A stretch of DNA of 46,636 bases from Actinomycetota bacterium. Lineage in GTDB: Bacteria; Actinomycetota; Acidimicrobiia; Acidimicrobiales; Ilumatobacteraceae. Below, piece by piece: positions 9,540 to 17,648 of this stretch. Both the position numbers and the translations under genes were made by a program. A model generated the notes under the pieces. That model made no database searches. It had not been told where the DNA came from and saw only the letters and a program-made list of their open reading frames with translations. The stretch's first letter is position 1. Each line of letters begins with the position of its first letter. The DNA is taken from positions 1 through 46,636 of the forward strand of contig WLPO01000001.1 in assembly GCA_009698745.1 (NCBI GenBank), given 5' to 3'.

Positions 9540-10666
9540 TATTGCAACCTTTCAAATAGTCGTAATGCTTGTTCGTGTGCTTTTGCCCGAATTTCGTTGA
9601 TGTCAACTTTGGTTGGTAAACCGTCCTTGAGTACCACTTCACCATCAATGAGCACATCAGTAGCCCGAGTACCCGGCGTGAAAGCAACATGCCATGGGCT
9701 CTCGATCTGATCGTAATTCCATGTAACTGTGTCGGTTTGAGCTTCAGGGAAGATTTCGTATCCGTTTCGCAACCACTGTGCAACAGTTTCTGGAGTTTCA
9801 GTAATATCGAATTCGCGCAACCGTGCGTATGCCAGACGAGATTCTTCGAGCATGTCGGCTCCGATTCCATCGCTACCGAGCAGGATCGTGTTGGATTTTG
9901 TGGTTGGTGCGCCGTAGCCAACATGATTATTCATGTTTGATCGTGGGTTGTGCACAAGGCGACCGCGCAGGGGGGCTTTGAGTTGTACTCCGTGTACGAG
10001 TAACCAGTCATCAGCGGCCAGTTCGGACAAACGCGCTGCAGCTTGTGCGTCGTCGTCACCTTCGGCAACGTGAATATGAACTCCAACATGAAGTTGTTTC
10101 GCCAATTGTGCTGCGGCGTTCAAAGTCTCATCGCTGCACGTAAACGCGGCATGCACTCCGACCATTCCCGTACCACCCTCGGCGATGAATCGTTCACATT
10201 CGGCTAGACCTCTTTGAGCGGCATCAGTCATCTTTGACAGCGGTGACACTTTGGAATGCAATTGACCGCTGTTGTCCCATCGATCAGACACTCCATAACA
10301 CGTGTTTACTCTGACACCAACATCGCGGCACGCCTTATTGATAAGGGAAAGCGAACCTTCAATCATGTTTGGCGATTCATGATGATCGATTATCGCTGTC
10401 GTACCATTCATGAGTGCTTCTACTGCACCAAGTGCTGCAGACCAATAAATCATGTCGGCATCAAGCGCGGCATCGATACGCCACCACACTTGTTGCAACA
10501 CTTCAATGAACTTTGTGGGCGTATGCCGAGTGGCAGGCATCCCGCGAGCGAGTGAAGAGTACAAATGATGATGTGCGCAGACAAGTCCAGGCGTTGTGTT
10601 CGACACAGCGATTATTCTTCCGAATCGTCTGAAGATGATTTGAGCATTGGCAAAGTTGTGTGCCAT
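9539..10666 (-). CDS. ssnA: SsnA-family amidohydrolase (deaminase/chlorohydrolase subgroup), N-terminally short
   Basis: Metal ligands CAHHH, HIHVAE, VHGV and LGSDG. The blocks [19 protein letters not shown] and [15 protein letters not shown] match my recollection of E. coli SsnA. ATG at 10666 overlaps the upstream gene by 55 nt; an alternative GTG lies at 10606. Confidence 0.8.
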   Translation of the reverse strand: MAHNFANAQIIFRRFGRIIAVSNTTPGLVCAHHHLYSSLARGMPATRHTPTKFIEVLQQVWWRIDAALDADMIYWSAALGAVEALMNGTTAIIDHHESPNMIEGSLSLINKACRDVGVRVNTCYGVSDRWDNSGQLHSKVSPLSKMTDAAQRGLAECERFIAEGGTGMVGVHAAFTCSDETLNAAAQLAKQLHVGVHIHVAEGDDDAQAAARLSELAADDWLLVHGVQLKAPLRGRLVHNPRSNMNNHVGYGAPTTKSNTILLGSDGIGADMLEESRLAYARLREFDITETPETVAQWLRNGYEIFPEAQTDTVTWNYDQIESPWHVAFTPGTRATDVLIDGEVVLKDGLPTKVDINEIRAKAHEQALRLFERLQ

Positions 10667-13224
10667 GTGCCGTTCAGTTCGCGAAATGCAGCAGCAACAG
10701 CGCCTGCAGTTGGCACTAGTCCAATCTCTCCGACACCCTTGATTCCGTACGGTGAATTTGGTTGCGGTGATTCAACCAAGATGACCTCAATCGCAGGAAC
10801 ATCTTTGGCACGCAAAATTTTAAGAGATCTCAATGTTTTGTTGATGGGGAAGCCAGTCTGCGGATCGCTAGGGAAATCTTCAGATAGTGCGTAGCCCAAA
10901 CCCATATGAACACTGCCTTCAATTTGGCCCTCGCAAAGTTGAGGATTGACTGCTTTGCCAACATCGTGAGCAGCAACAACTCGCTCAATTTTGTTGGTCT
11001 CTCGATCCATGACAACCATTTGTGCTGCGTATCCAAAGGTTGAGTGAATAATTGGATTGATTACATCGGGGTCTCCGAGCTTGGTCGTCCAATCGACTCG
11101 ATACTCGCCGTAGTGATCAATACCGATTGCGCAATTTGCTGCCTTGGCTGTGTCGCATGCATCTTTTACAGCTCCTGCGCCCATCAATGTGCCGCGAGAT
11201 CCAGTTGTTTGACCAAGGCCCAATTCGCGAGTTGTATCAACAATTACGTCTATGAGATTGCCGTCAATGCCAAGTTCGTGCACAGCAACTTGAAGCGCAA
11301 CCGTGTTGATGCCTTGACCCATTTCGGTCCAACCATGGCGAACTTCAACGCGGCCATCTTCTTTAAATCGGATTACTGCGCGATTGATTTCCTTAAATCC
11401 GTTTCCAAGACCGCTGTTTTTGAGCCCTAGTCCCAACCCGACGGCCTTGCCAGATGCGCGCGCGGCGTCATAAGCAGGCTTTATTGCCTTGAGGCATTCC
11501 GATGCACCGAGACAACCGTCGTCCATGATTTGACCTGGACCCCAAACTTGGCCGGGCATGATGACATTGAGTTGTCGCATAGACCATCCATCGATGCCTA
11601 CCTTTTCGGCAAGCCGATCAATCACACCTTCCATTGCAAACTGGGCTTGGTTCGCTCCGAAGCCCCGAAATGCGCCGCAAACAGGGTTGTTCGTGCGCAC
11701 AGCAATTGCCTCAACATCGATGTTTGGTACTTGGTAAGGACCACTTGCATGACCGGCCATGCGTTCGAGAACCTTCATGCCGACGCTTGCGTATGCGCCA
11801 GAATCACCGATTGCACGCACATGCAGAGCTGTGAGCTTGCCCTGCTTGTCGCACGATGCCTTGTACTTCATCGTGATTGGGTGTCGCTTGGCATGCATTA
11901 AGAGACTTTCTTCGCGTGAAAGTGTGCATTTGACCGGAGTTTGCAAAAGCCAGGCACTTAAGGCTGTGTGTGCTTGATTGCTCATGTCTTCTTTGCCGCC
12001 AAAGGCCCCGCCGTTGGTGACAAGTTCGACCGTGACTTGGGAATTGTCGAGTTTCAAGAGTTTTGCGATGTCATTGCGGTCATCCCAAATACCTTGGCCG
12101 CCGGAATAGACGTGCAGAGACTTGCTATCAGCAGAAGGAACAGCAACTGTGCTTTCTGGTTCGAGAAATGCATGCTCGATTCGTTGCGTTACGAAAGTTT
12201 CTTCGACAACATATTCGCTATTTTGTAGAGCAGCAGAAGCGTCACCGCGTTCATACCGACTCGTGCTTAAAACGTTGTTGTCAGTTTTCCATACTGCAAC
12301 TTCAGCGTTAGCGAGGGCAGCGAGTGGATCGGTAATGGGTTGATGCACGGTGTAATCAATAACGACCGCATGAGTCGCAGCTCTTGCATGATCTCGCGTG
12401 TCGGCAACAACTATGGCGAGCACGTCACCTGCGTAGGAGGTTCTGCCACCAACCGGAATCATGACTGGCCAATCTTTGTAAATGATTCCAACCATCAATT
12501 CGCCCGGAATATCAGCTGCAGTAAACACAGCTTGAACGCCGGGCATATTCAGTGCGTTTGCAGCATTTATTGCGTTGACGTCTGCTCGAGTGTGTTGCGT
12601 GAAAACTAATGCAGCATGCAACATGCCTGGTATACGGATGTCGTCAATGTATCCGCGATCACCAAGCGCAAGAGCTTCTGCTTCGTACTTAATCGTGCGG
12701 CTTCCGACGCCACCTGGTTTGACCATGACCGGAACTTCACCGCGAGCGACCATCTCGATCGCATCAAGAATTTTTACGTATCCAGTGCAACGACACAAGT
12801 GGGCACCAAGATGTTTTGCCATGTCGCTGCGCACGAGGTCAGCGCCCTTTTTGTCGACTTGAGCTTTAGCCCGGACCACAATGCCCGGTATACAAAAACC
12901 ACACTGCAAACCACCACAAGCCGCAAATGCTTGAGCGTAGGTATTGCGTTCGGACTCAGATACTCCTTCAAGAGTGACAACGGTTGAGCCAGCGACCTTG
13001 GTGAGAGGAGTCTGACAACTCACAACTGCTTTGCCATTGACAAGGACCGTGCAGCAACCGCACTGACCAGAAGGCGAGCAGCCGTCTTTTGGTGAAGTGA
13101 TGTTGAGTTCTTCCCGCAATGCGGCCAATAAATGGGGGTGATCAGAGCGAACCGTCACCGGAGTTTCGTTGACGGTAAACGCGATATTTTCAACTTGCGA
13201 TGCGCTTAAATCCATAGCAGTCAC
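10612..13224 (-). CDS. Fused [2Fe-2S] + molybdopterin-binding hydroxylase (XdhD / D. gigas MOP-type architecture, no FAD domain)
   Basis: 870 aa. The N-terminus has GCSPSGQCGCCTV and QCGFCIPG...CRCTGY FeS motifs. These are followed by hammerhead and MoCo domains with GGAFGGKED, RTNNPVCGAFRGFG and GVGE catalytic-Glu motifs. GTG start. Confidence 0.9.
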   Translation of the reverse strand: MTAMDLSASQVENIAFTVNETPVTVRSDHPHLLAALREELNITSPKDGCSPSGQCGCCTVLVNGKAVVSCQTPLTKVAGSTVVTLEGVSESERNTYAQAFAACGGLQCGFCIPGIVVRAKAQVDKKGADLVRSDMAKHLGAHLCRCTGYVKILDAIEMVARGEVPVMVKPGGVGSRTIKYEAEALALGDRGYIDDIRIPGMLHAALVFTQHTRADVNAINAANALNMPGVQAVFTAADIPGELMVGIIYKDWPVMIPVGGRTSYAGDVLAIVVADTRDHARAATHAVVIDYTVHQPITDPLAALANAEVAVWKTDNNVLSTSRYERGDASAALQNSEYVVEETFVTQRIEHAFLEPESTVAVPSADSKSLHVYSGGQGIWDDRNDIAKLLKLDNSQVTVELVTNGGAFGGKEDMSNQAHTALSAWLLQTPVKCTLSREESLLMHAKRHPITMKYKASCDKQGKLTALHVRAIGDSGAYASVGMKVLERMAGHASGPYQVPNIDVEAIAVRTNNPVCGAFRGFGANQAQFAMEGVIDRLAEKVGIDGWSMRQLNVIMPGQVWGPGQIMDDGCLGASECLKAIKPAYDAARASGKAVGLGLGLKNSGLGNGFKEINRAVIRFKEDGRVEVRHGWTEMGQGINTVALQVAVHELGIDGNLIDVIVDTTRELGLGQTTGSRGTLMGAGAVKDACDTAKAANCAIGIDHYGEYRVDWTTKLGDPDVINPIIHSTFGYAAQMVVMDRETNKIERVVAAHDVGKAVNPQLCEGQIEGSVHMGLGYALSEDFPSDPQTGFPINKTLRSLKILRAKDVPAIEVILVESPQPNSPYGIKGVGEIGLVPTAGAVAAAFRELNGTWHTTLPMLKSSSDDSEE

Positions 13225-13231
13225 GGGTTTT

Positions 13232-13237
13232 ACGCTA
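13232..13237 (-). promoter_or_regulatory. Candidate -10 box (TAGCGT on the minus strand) 7 nt upstream of the GTG at 13224
   Basis: The minus strand reads ctgTAGCGTaaaacccGTG. No SD is present. It lies in the only intergenic gap (60 bp, AT-rich) of the 4857-15493 block. Confidence 0.4.
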
Positions 13238-13284
13238 CAGCATTTACTTTACAAAATGTTAAGCAATAACCATTTCCCCTGGGG

Positions 13285-14208
13285 TCAGTCGAGAACGGTT
13301 CCGCGTTGCGCGGTGATTCGGCCATACACCTCTGGGCGGCGGTATTTGTCAAAGTCGAACAGCGTTTCCTTGTATTGCTTGCACCAATCGAGGTCGCACA
13401 CCGCCGAGACCAATTCATCCTCAGTTGTTGTGGTTTTTGCCAAGATCTCGCCAGACGGTGCAATGATGCTCGAATCACACAAGCCCAATACACCTTCTTC
13501 AACGCCACCTTTGGCAACGCCGATAACGAATGTGCCGTTTTGGTATGCGCCACTTTGCATGACCAGAGCATTATGAAATCCTTGCAAAATATCCTGCGAT
13601 GGATCTGGCACATAATGCATTGGCGTGTTGTATCCGCACAAGATCATTTCCACACCCTGAAGCCCCATCACGCGGTACGACTCGGGCCAGCGACGGTCAT
13701 TGCAAATCATCATTCCAAGTCGACCACCAAATGCCTTCCAAACTCCGAAGCCCTCTTCGCTCGGTGTGAAGTAATAGCGCTCTGCATGTTGAAAGGGTCG
13801 ATCGGGTTCGTGTTTTGCATGGCCCGGAATGTGAACTTTGCGGTATTTAGCGACAACTGAACCGTCACGTTCAACCAAGATTTGTGTATTGAAACGCTCG
13901 CCTTGTGGAGTGAGTTCTGCATAGCCGAGACAAAAACCAATGCCGAGGCGCTTCGCTTCTGTAAATAGTGGGAGAGTGACTGGCGAGGGCATTTCGGTTT
14001 CGTACCAATGGTGAGCTTCCGAAATATCGTCTACAAACCACCGAGGGAAAAATGTTGTGAGTGCAAGTTCAGGAAAAACAACAAGATCACAACTTGCAGA
14101 TTTGGCTTGATGGAGAAGTGCAATTAATCGCTTCACTACTGATGCGCGATCATCTTCTTTTTGAATCGGGCCAAGTTGTGCGGCTCCAACGGTGATCAAT
14201 CTGGACAT
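13285..14208 (-). CDS. N-carbamoyl-D-amino-acid hydrolase-like carbamoylase (nitrilase/CN-hydrolase superfamily)
   Basis: Close by eye to Agrobacterium D-carbamoylase: FPELALTTFFPRW (Glu), KYRKVHIPG (Lys) and MICNDRRWPE (Cys). ATG at 14208 (MSRLITVGAAQLGPI) aligns with the DCase N-terminus. The longest ORF starts at TTG 14235. Confidence 0.85.
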   Translation of the reverse strand: MSRLITVGAAQLGPIQKEDDRASVVKRLIALLHQAKSASCDLVVFPELALTTFFPRWFVDDISEAHHWYETEMPSPVTLPLFTEAKRLGIGFCLGYAELTPQGERFNTQILVERDGSVVAKYRKVHIPGHAKHEPDRPFQHAERYYFTPSEEGFGVWKAFGGRLGMMICNDRRWPESYRVMGLQGVEMILCGYNTPMHYVPDPSQDILQGFHNALVMQSGAYQNGTFVIGVAKGGVEEGVLGLCDSSIIAPSGEILAKTTTTEDELVSAVCDLDWCKQYKETLFDFDKYRRPEVYGRITAQRGTVLD

Positions 14209-14221
14209 GAGATCAATACTT

Positions 14222-15493
14222 TCATACTTTGGCAAAATCGGTGGAGCAGAGATTCAACATCGCATGCAGCAAGATATTGGCTCCTGCTACAAGGTCGTCA
14301 GTCTCGGTATCTTCGGCCGGATTATGACTGATGCCGTTGATGCTTGGTACGAAGATCATTGCAGTTGGACAGACCCTTGCAAGCATTTGTGCATCATGAC
14401 CTGCGCCGGATGGCATGCGTTGTGTGGTGTTGCCAAGGTCGTTGGATATTTGCTCAATGACGGCAACAACACGCTCGTCGAACTCGACTGGCTCGAATCT
14501 CGCAAGTTTCTTGGTAGTAATTGTGACGCCCTCTGAAGTTGCTATCTCGTTAAGAAAAGCTGCGACCTCCATTTCTGCACGTTGCAGCAAGTACTCGTCG
14601 GTGTTGCGAATATCCAGCGTCATTGTGACTCTGGCAGCTACGACGTTTATCAAATTAGGAAAGACATCGACCTTGCCAACAGTGCAGACCTGGTGTGAAC
14701 CGTACCGAGCGCTCAATTTTCGAAGAAAGACGGCGATCTCTGCTGCCACGTAGGTTGGATCATGACGCAATGACATGGGCGTAGTGCCAGCATGGTTTGA
14801 TTGTCCAACAATAGTTACTTCTTGCCATGAGATTCCCTGAACGCCAGTTACTGCACCGATGCGAACATCATTTGCTTCGAGTAATGGTCCTTGTTCGATA
14901 TGTAGCTCCACAAAGGCGTGAGGAATTACTCCGGGGCATGGGGCAGATCCTGCGTATCCGATTCGTACGAGTTCATCGCCAAGTCGCGGACCGTCAATAG
15001 CGGTGATGTCAAGCGCTTCTTCTGTGGTCATACCACCGACATACACCAGTGATCCAAGCATGTCCGGCGCAAAACGTGCACCTTCTTCGTCGGTAAAAAT
15101 TCCAACAGCCAAGGGGTGGTCTGGAGTCACACCGTTCTGTTGACACGTTTGCACGACTTCTAATCCGGCAATAACGCCGTAGTTGCCGTCAAACTTTCCT
15201 CCAGTGCGAACTGTGTCAATGTGGCTCCCGGTCATAACTGGCGGACCCGAACCCACATTCCATACCGCAATGATGTTGCCAACAGCATCAACTGAAACTT
15301 CCATATTGAGATCGCGCATCCATGAAACCACAAGATCACGACCGTCGCGATCATCGTCGGTGAGCGCCAGCCGGCAGTTGCCGCCTCCAGCAATGGGCGA
15401 AATCTCTGCCAAACTCATGATTCGGTCCATCAGTCGAGCCGCATCGATGCTTAGCTCGTGATTGATCGAGGAGTTATTGGCGTTCGCACCCAT
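14222..15493 (-). CDS. M20-family Zn-dependent ureidohydrolase (allantoate amidohydrolase / N-carbamoyl-L-amino-acid hydrolase / beta-ureidopropionase, AmaB-AllC family)
   Basis: 423 aa with GSHIDTVRTGGKFDGNYGV, HIEQGPLLE, NHAGTTPM and SGAGHDAQ...MIFVPSINGISHNP motifs. Confidence 0.9.
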   Translation of the reverse strand: MGANANNSSINHELSIDAARLMDRIMSLAEISPIAGGGNCRLALTDDDRDGRDLVVSWMRDLNMEVSVDAVGNIIAVWNVGSGPPVMTGSHIDTVRTGGKFDGNYGVIAGLEVVQTCQQNGVTPDHPLAVGIFTDEEGARFAPDMLGSLVYVGGMTTEEALDITAIDGPRLGDELVRIGYAGSAPCPGVIPHAFVELHIEQGPLLEANDVRIGAVTGVQGISWQEVTIVGQSNHAGTTPMSLRHDPTYVAAEIAVFLRKLSARYGSHQVCTVGKVDVFPNLINVVAARVTMTLDIRNTDEYLLQRAEMEVAAFLNEIATSEGVTITTKKLARFEPVEFDERVVAVIEQISNDLGNTTQRMPSGAGHDAQMLARVCPTAMIFVPSINGISHNPAEDTETDDLVAGANILLHAMLNLCSTDFAKV

Positions 15494-15500
15494 GCTTCTC

Positions 15501-15506
15501 AGTGTA
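15501..15506 (-). promoter_or_regulatory. Candidate -10 box (TACACT on the minus strand) 7 nt upstream of the ATG at 15493 (leaderless-type)
   Basis: The minus strand reads TACACTgagaagcATG. There is no SD, and the whole divergent spacer is only 41 bp. Confidence 0.45.
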
Positions 15507-15534
15507 GAGATCAGGCGGCGGTAAATGTAAGAAT

Positions 15535-16887
15535 ATGCGTGTGATCAACAGATCGAAACTCGCTAAAGCCTTAGCAAGCGAGGAGCAATTATTTTGCGAC
15601 ATTCATCCGAAGTCGCTTGCACTTGCGCATTCGGCCCATGACGCGTTGCTTTCTGGTGTTCCAATGCCGTGGATGACGAGATGGCCTGGGAGTTTTCCAT
15701 TGCATGTTCAAAAGGCGTACGGAGCACGCTTTGTCGATGTCGATGACATTGAGTACATAGATTTCTGTCTGGGCGATACAGGGGCTATGACTGGTCATGC
15801 TCTTGAAGCGGTTTCAGCAGCGGTTACTCGACAAGCACAATTGGGTTTAACCACGATGCTTCCCACATCAGACGCGCAGTGGGTTGCGGAGAATCTTGCA
15901 CAACGTTTTGGTTTGCCAAAATGGCAATTTTCTATTAGTGCTACGGATGCAAATAGGTTTGTTTTACGTTTTGCGCGAATGTTGACTGGTCGACCAAAGG
16001 TTGTAGTGCACGATTGGTGTTACCACGGTTCAGTTGATGAAACACTTGTGATACTCAATGAACGTGGTGAGACGGTAAGTCGTCCTGGGGCGATTGGTCC
16101 ACAAGTTGAACCAGCATTAACAACCCGCGCCGTCCCATTTAATGATCTCGAAGCGCTTGAAGCTGCACTCGCAATTGGTGACGTTGCGTGTGTACTCATT
16201 GAGCCAGCACTGACCAATATTGGAATAGTGTTGCCACTCGACGGATACATAACTGGTCTGCGCGCGTTAACACGCAAGTACGACGTGTTGTTGGTTGTTG
16301 ATGAGACTCACACAATTTGTGCTGGTACTGGTGGATGCACCAAGTTGTGGGCAATAGATCCTGATTTTGTAGTCATCGGCAAAACGATTGGTGGTGGAAT
16401 TCCTGTTGGCGCATACGGGATGACTGCGGAGATTGCACAACGGCTTGAACGCGAGATGTCCGGTCACGACGTAGACGTTTCTGGTGTGGGCGGTACGTTG
16501 AGTGGAAGTGCTCTGGCGATGAGCGCGATGAAAGCAACCCTCTCTCATGCGTTGCAAGATGAAGATTTCGCAAAGACCGTCCCTCTTGCGACACGTTGGA
16601 CTCAGGGCGTTCAAGAGGCATGCAACAATCAGAAGCTCGATTGGCACGTGCAACAGCTCGGATGTCGGGCGGAATATTGGTTTTGTACTCCGCCAATAAA
16701 TGGAGCCCAAGCAGCTGCTGCGGTTGATCCAGAGCTTGAATCGTTCCTGCACTTGTTTTGTCTCAATCGAGGTGTGTTGCTGGCGCCATTTCACAACATG
16801 GCCCTGATGTCACCATTTCACAGCGAGATGGATGTCGATAGGCATTCAGAAGTGTTCGCTCAAGCACTTGCAGCAATAGTTGCATAA
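15535..16887 (+). CDS. Class III (GSA-aminomutase-like) PLP-dependent aminotransferase
   Basis: 450 aa with VVDETHT and the PLP-lysine motif VIGKTIGGG. Overall similarity is to glutamate-1-semialdehyde aminomutase-like transaminases, the subgroup that includes beta-amino-acid transaminases. Confidence 0.85.
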   Translation: MRVINRSKLAKALASEEQLFCDIHPKSLALAHSAHDALLSGVPMPWMTRWPGSFPLHVQKAYGARFVDVDDIEYIDFCLGDTGAMTGHALEAVSAAVTRQAQLGLTTMLPTSDAQWVAENLAQRFGLPKWQFSISATDANRFVLRFARMLTGRPKVVVHDWCYHGSVDETLVILNERGETVSRPGAIGPQVEPALTTRAVPFNDLEALEAALAIGDVACVLIEPALTNIGIVLPLDGYITGLRALTRKYDVLLVVDETHTICAGTGGCTKLWAIDPDFVVIGKTIGGGIPVGAYGMTAEIAQRLEREMSGHDVDVSGVGGTLSGSALAMSAMKATLSHALQDEDFAKTVPLATRWTQGVQEACNNQKLDWHVQQLGCRAEYWFCTPPINGAQAAAAVDPELESFLHLFCLNRGVLLAPFHNMALMSPFHSEMDVDRHSEVFAQALAAIVA

Positions 16888-16916
16888 CAACTCGGTGCAA
16901 TAGGGTAATTCGAATC

Positions 16917-17648
16917 ATGTTGCAAGAACATTTATTCATTGTTGCAACAATTATTCTTTTCACTTCCGTTATTCAGTCCATCGCAGGGTTTGGCTTTTCT
17001 TTGCTTGCGGTTCCTCTCATGGTGCTGTTTGTTGACCTGCATCAGGCCGTCATAGTTGCAACATTGTTGGGTACTGTCAGCAATTTTGGGCAGGCTTGGC
17101 AATTGCGTCACCACCAGCACAGGTCAATAGCGTTTCGCTTTATCGCTGCATCTTGTTTGGGTGCACCAATCGGACTTGTGCTCTTTAGATTTGCAAATCA
17201 AAGTGTGTTGAAAGCGTTGTTAGGAATTGCGGTGTTGTTTGGAGTGTGGATGCTCGCTCGTGGACGCGACTTACAACAGGCCCATGTATCGCTTGATTGG
17301 ACAATGGGCTGGTTGAGCGGGGTTTTGCTGATGGCGACATCTACAAATGGACCACCAATTGTTTTCACACTGCAAGCAAGACGCCTTACGCCCGACGTTC
17401 AGCGCGCAACGCTCAATCTCATTTTCTCAGTGACAAGCATCTTCAGCATTTTTGTTTTTGGGCTGTCTGGCAAGATTCACTCGGAAGAGGTTCGTTCTGC
17501 ACTATTTGTAACGCCAGTAATGCTGATTGGCGTTTATGCAGGCGTTGCATTACGCAAGCACATCAATGCTGTTGTATTTAAGAGGATGGTGTTGGTGCTA
17601 CTCACGCTCGGTGGAATAAGCAGCTTGGCGTCGTCATTGGTTGGCTAA
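16917..17648 (+). CDS. TauE/SafE-family anion (sulfite-type) exporter membrane protein
   Basis: 243 aa polytopic membrane protein with internal two-fold repeat character, typical of DUF81/TauE. Confidence 0.75.
   Translation: MLQEHLFIVATIILFTSVIQSIAGFGFSLLAVPLMVLFVDLHQAVIVATLLGTVSNFGQAWQLRHHQHRSIAFRFIAASCLGAPIGLVLFRFANQSVLKALLGIAVLFGVWMLARGRDLQQAHVSLDWTMGWLSGVLLMATSTNGPPIVFTLQARRLTPDVQRATLNLIFSVTSIFSIFVFGLSGKIHSEEVRSALFVTPVMLIGVYAGVALRKHINAVVFKRMVLVLLTLGGISSLASSLVG

Noticed and set aside
10612-13224. Selenocysteine recoding or selenium trait encoded locally
   Set aside because: There is no in-frame TGA in any hydroxylase gene and no SECIS-like hairpin. There is no selA, selB, selD, yqeB or yqeC in the window, so selenium dependence cannot be claimed from this sequence.
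13225-13284. Purine or other riboswitch in front of the hydroxylase genes (also 15494-15534)
   Set aside because: The spacers are only 60 and 41 bp, too short for a purine-type aptamer plus expression platform. No conserved aptamer core is recognisable, and the CCCC-T-GGGG element cannot form a hairpin.
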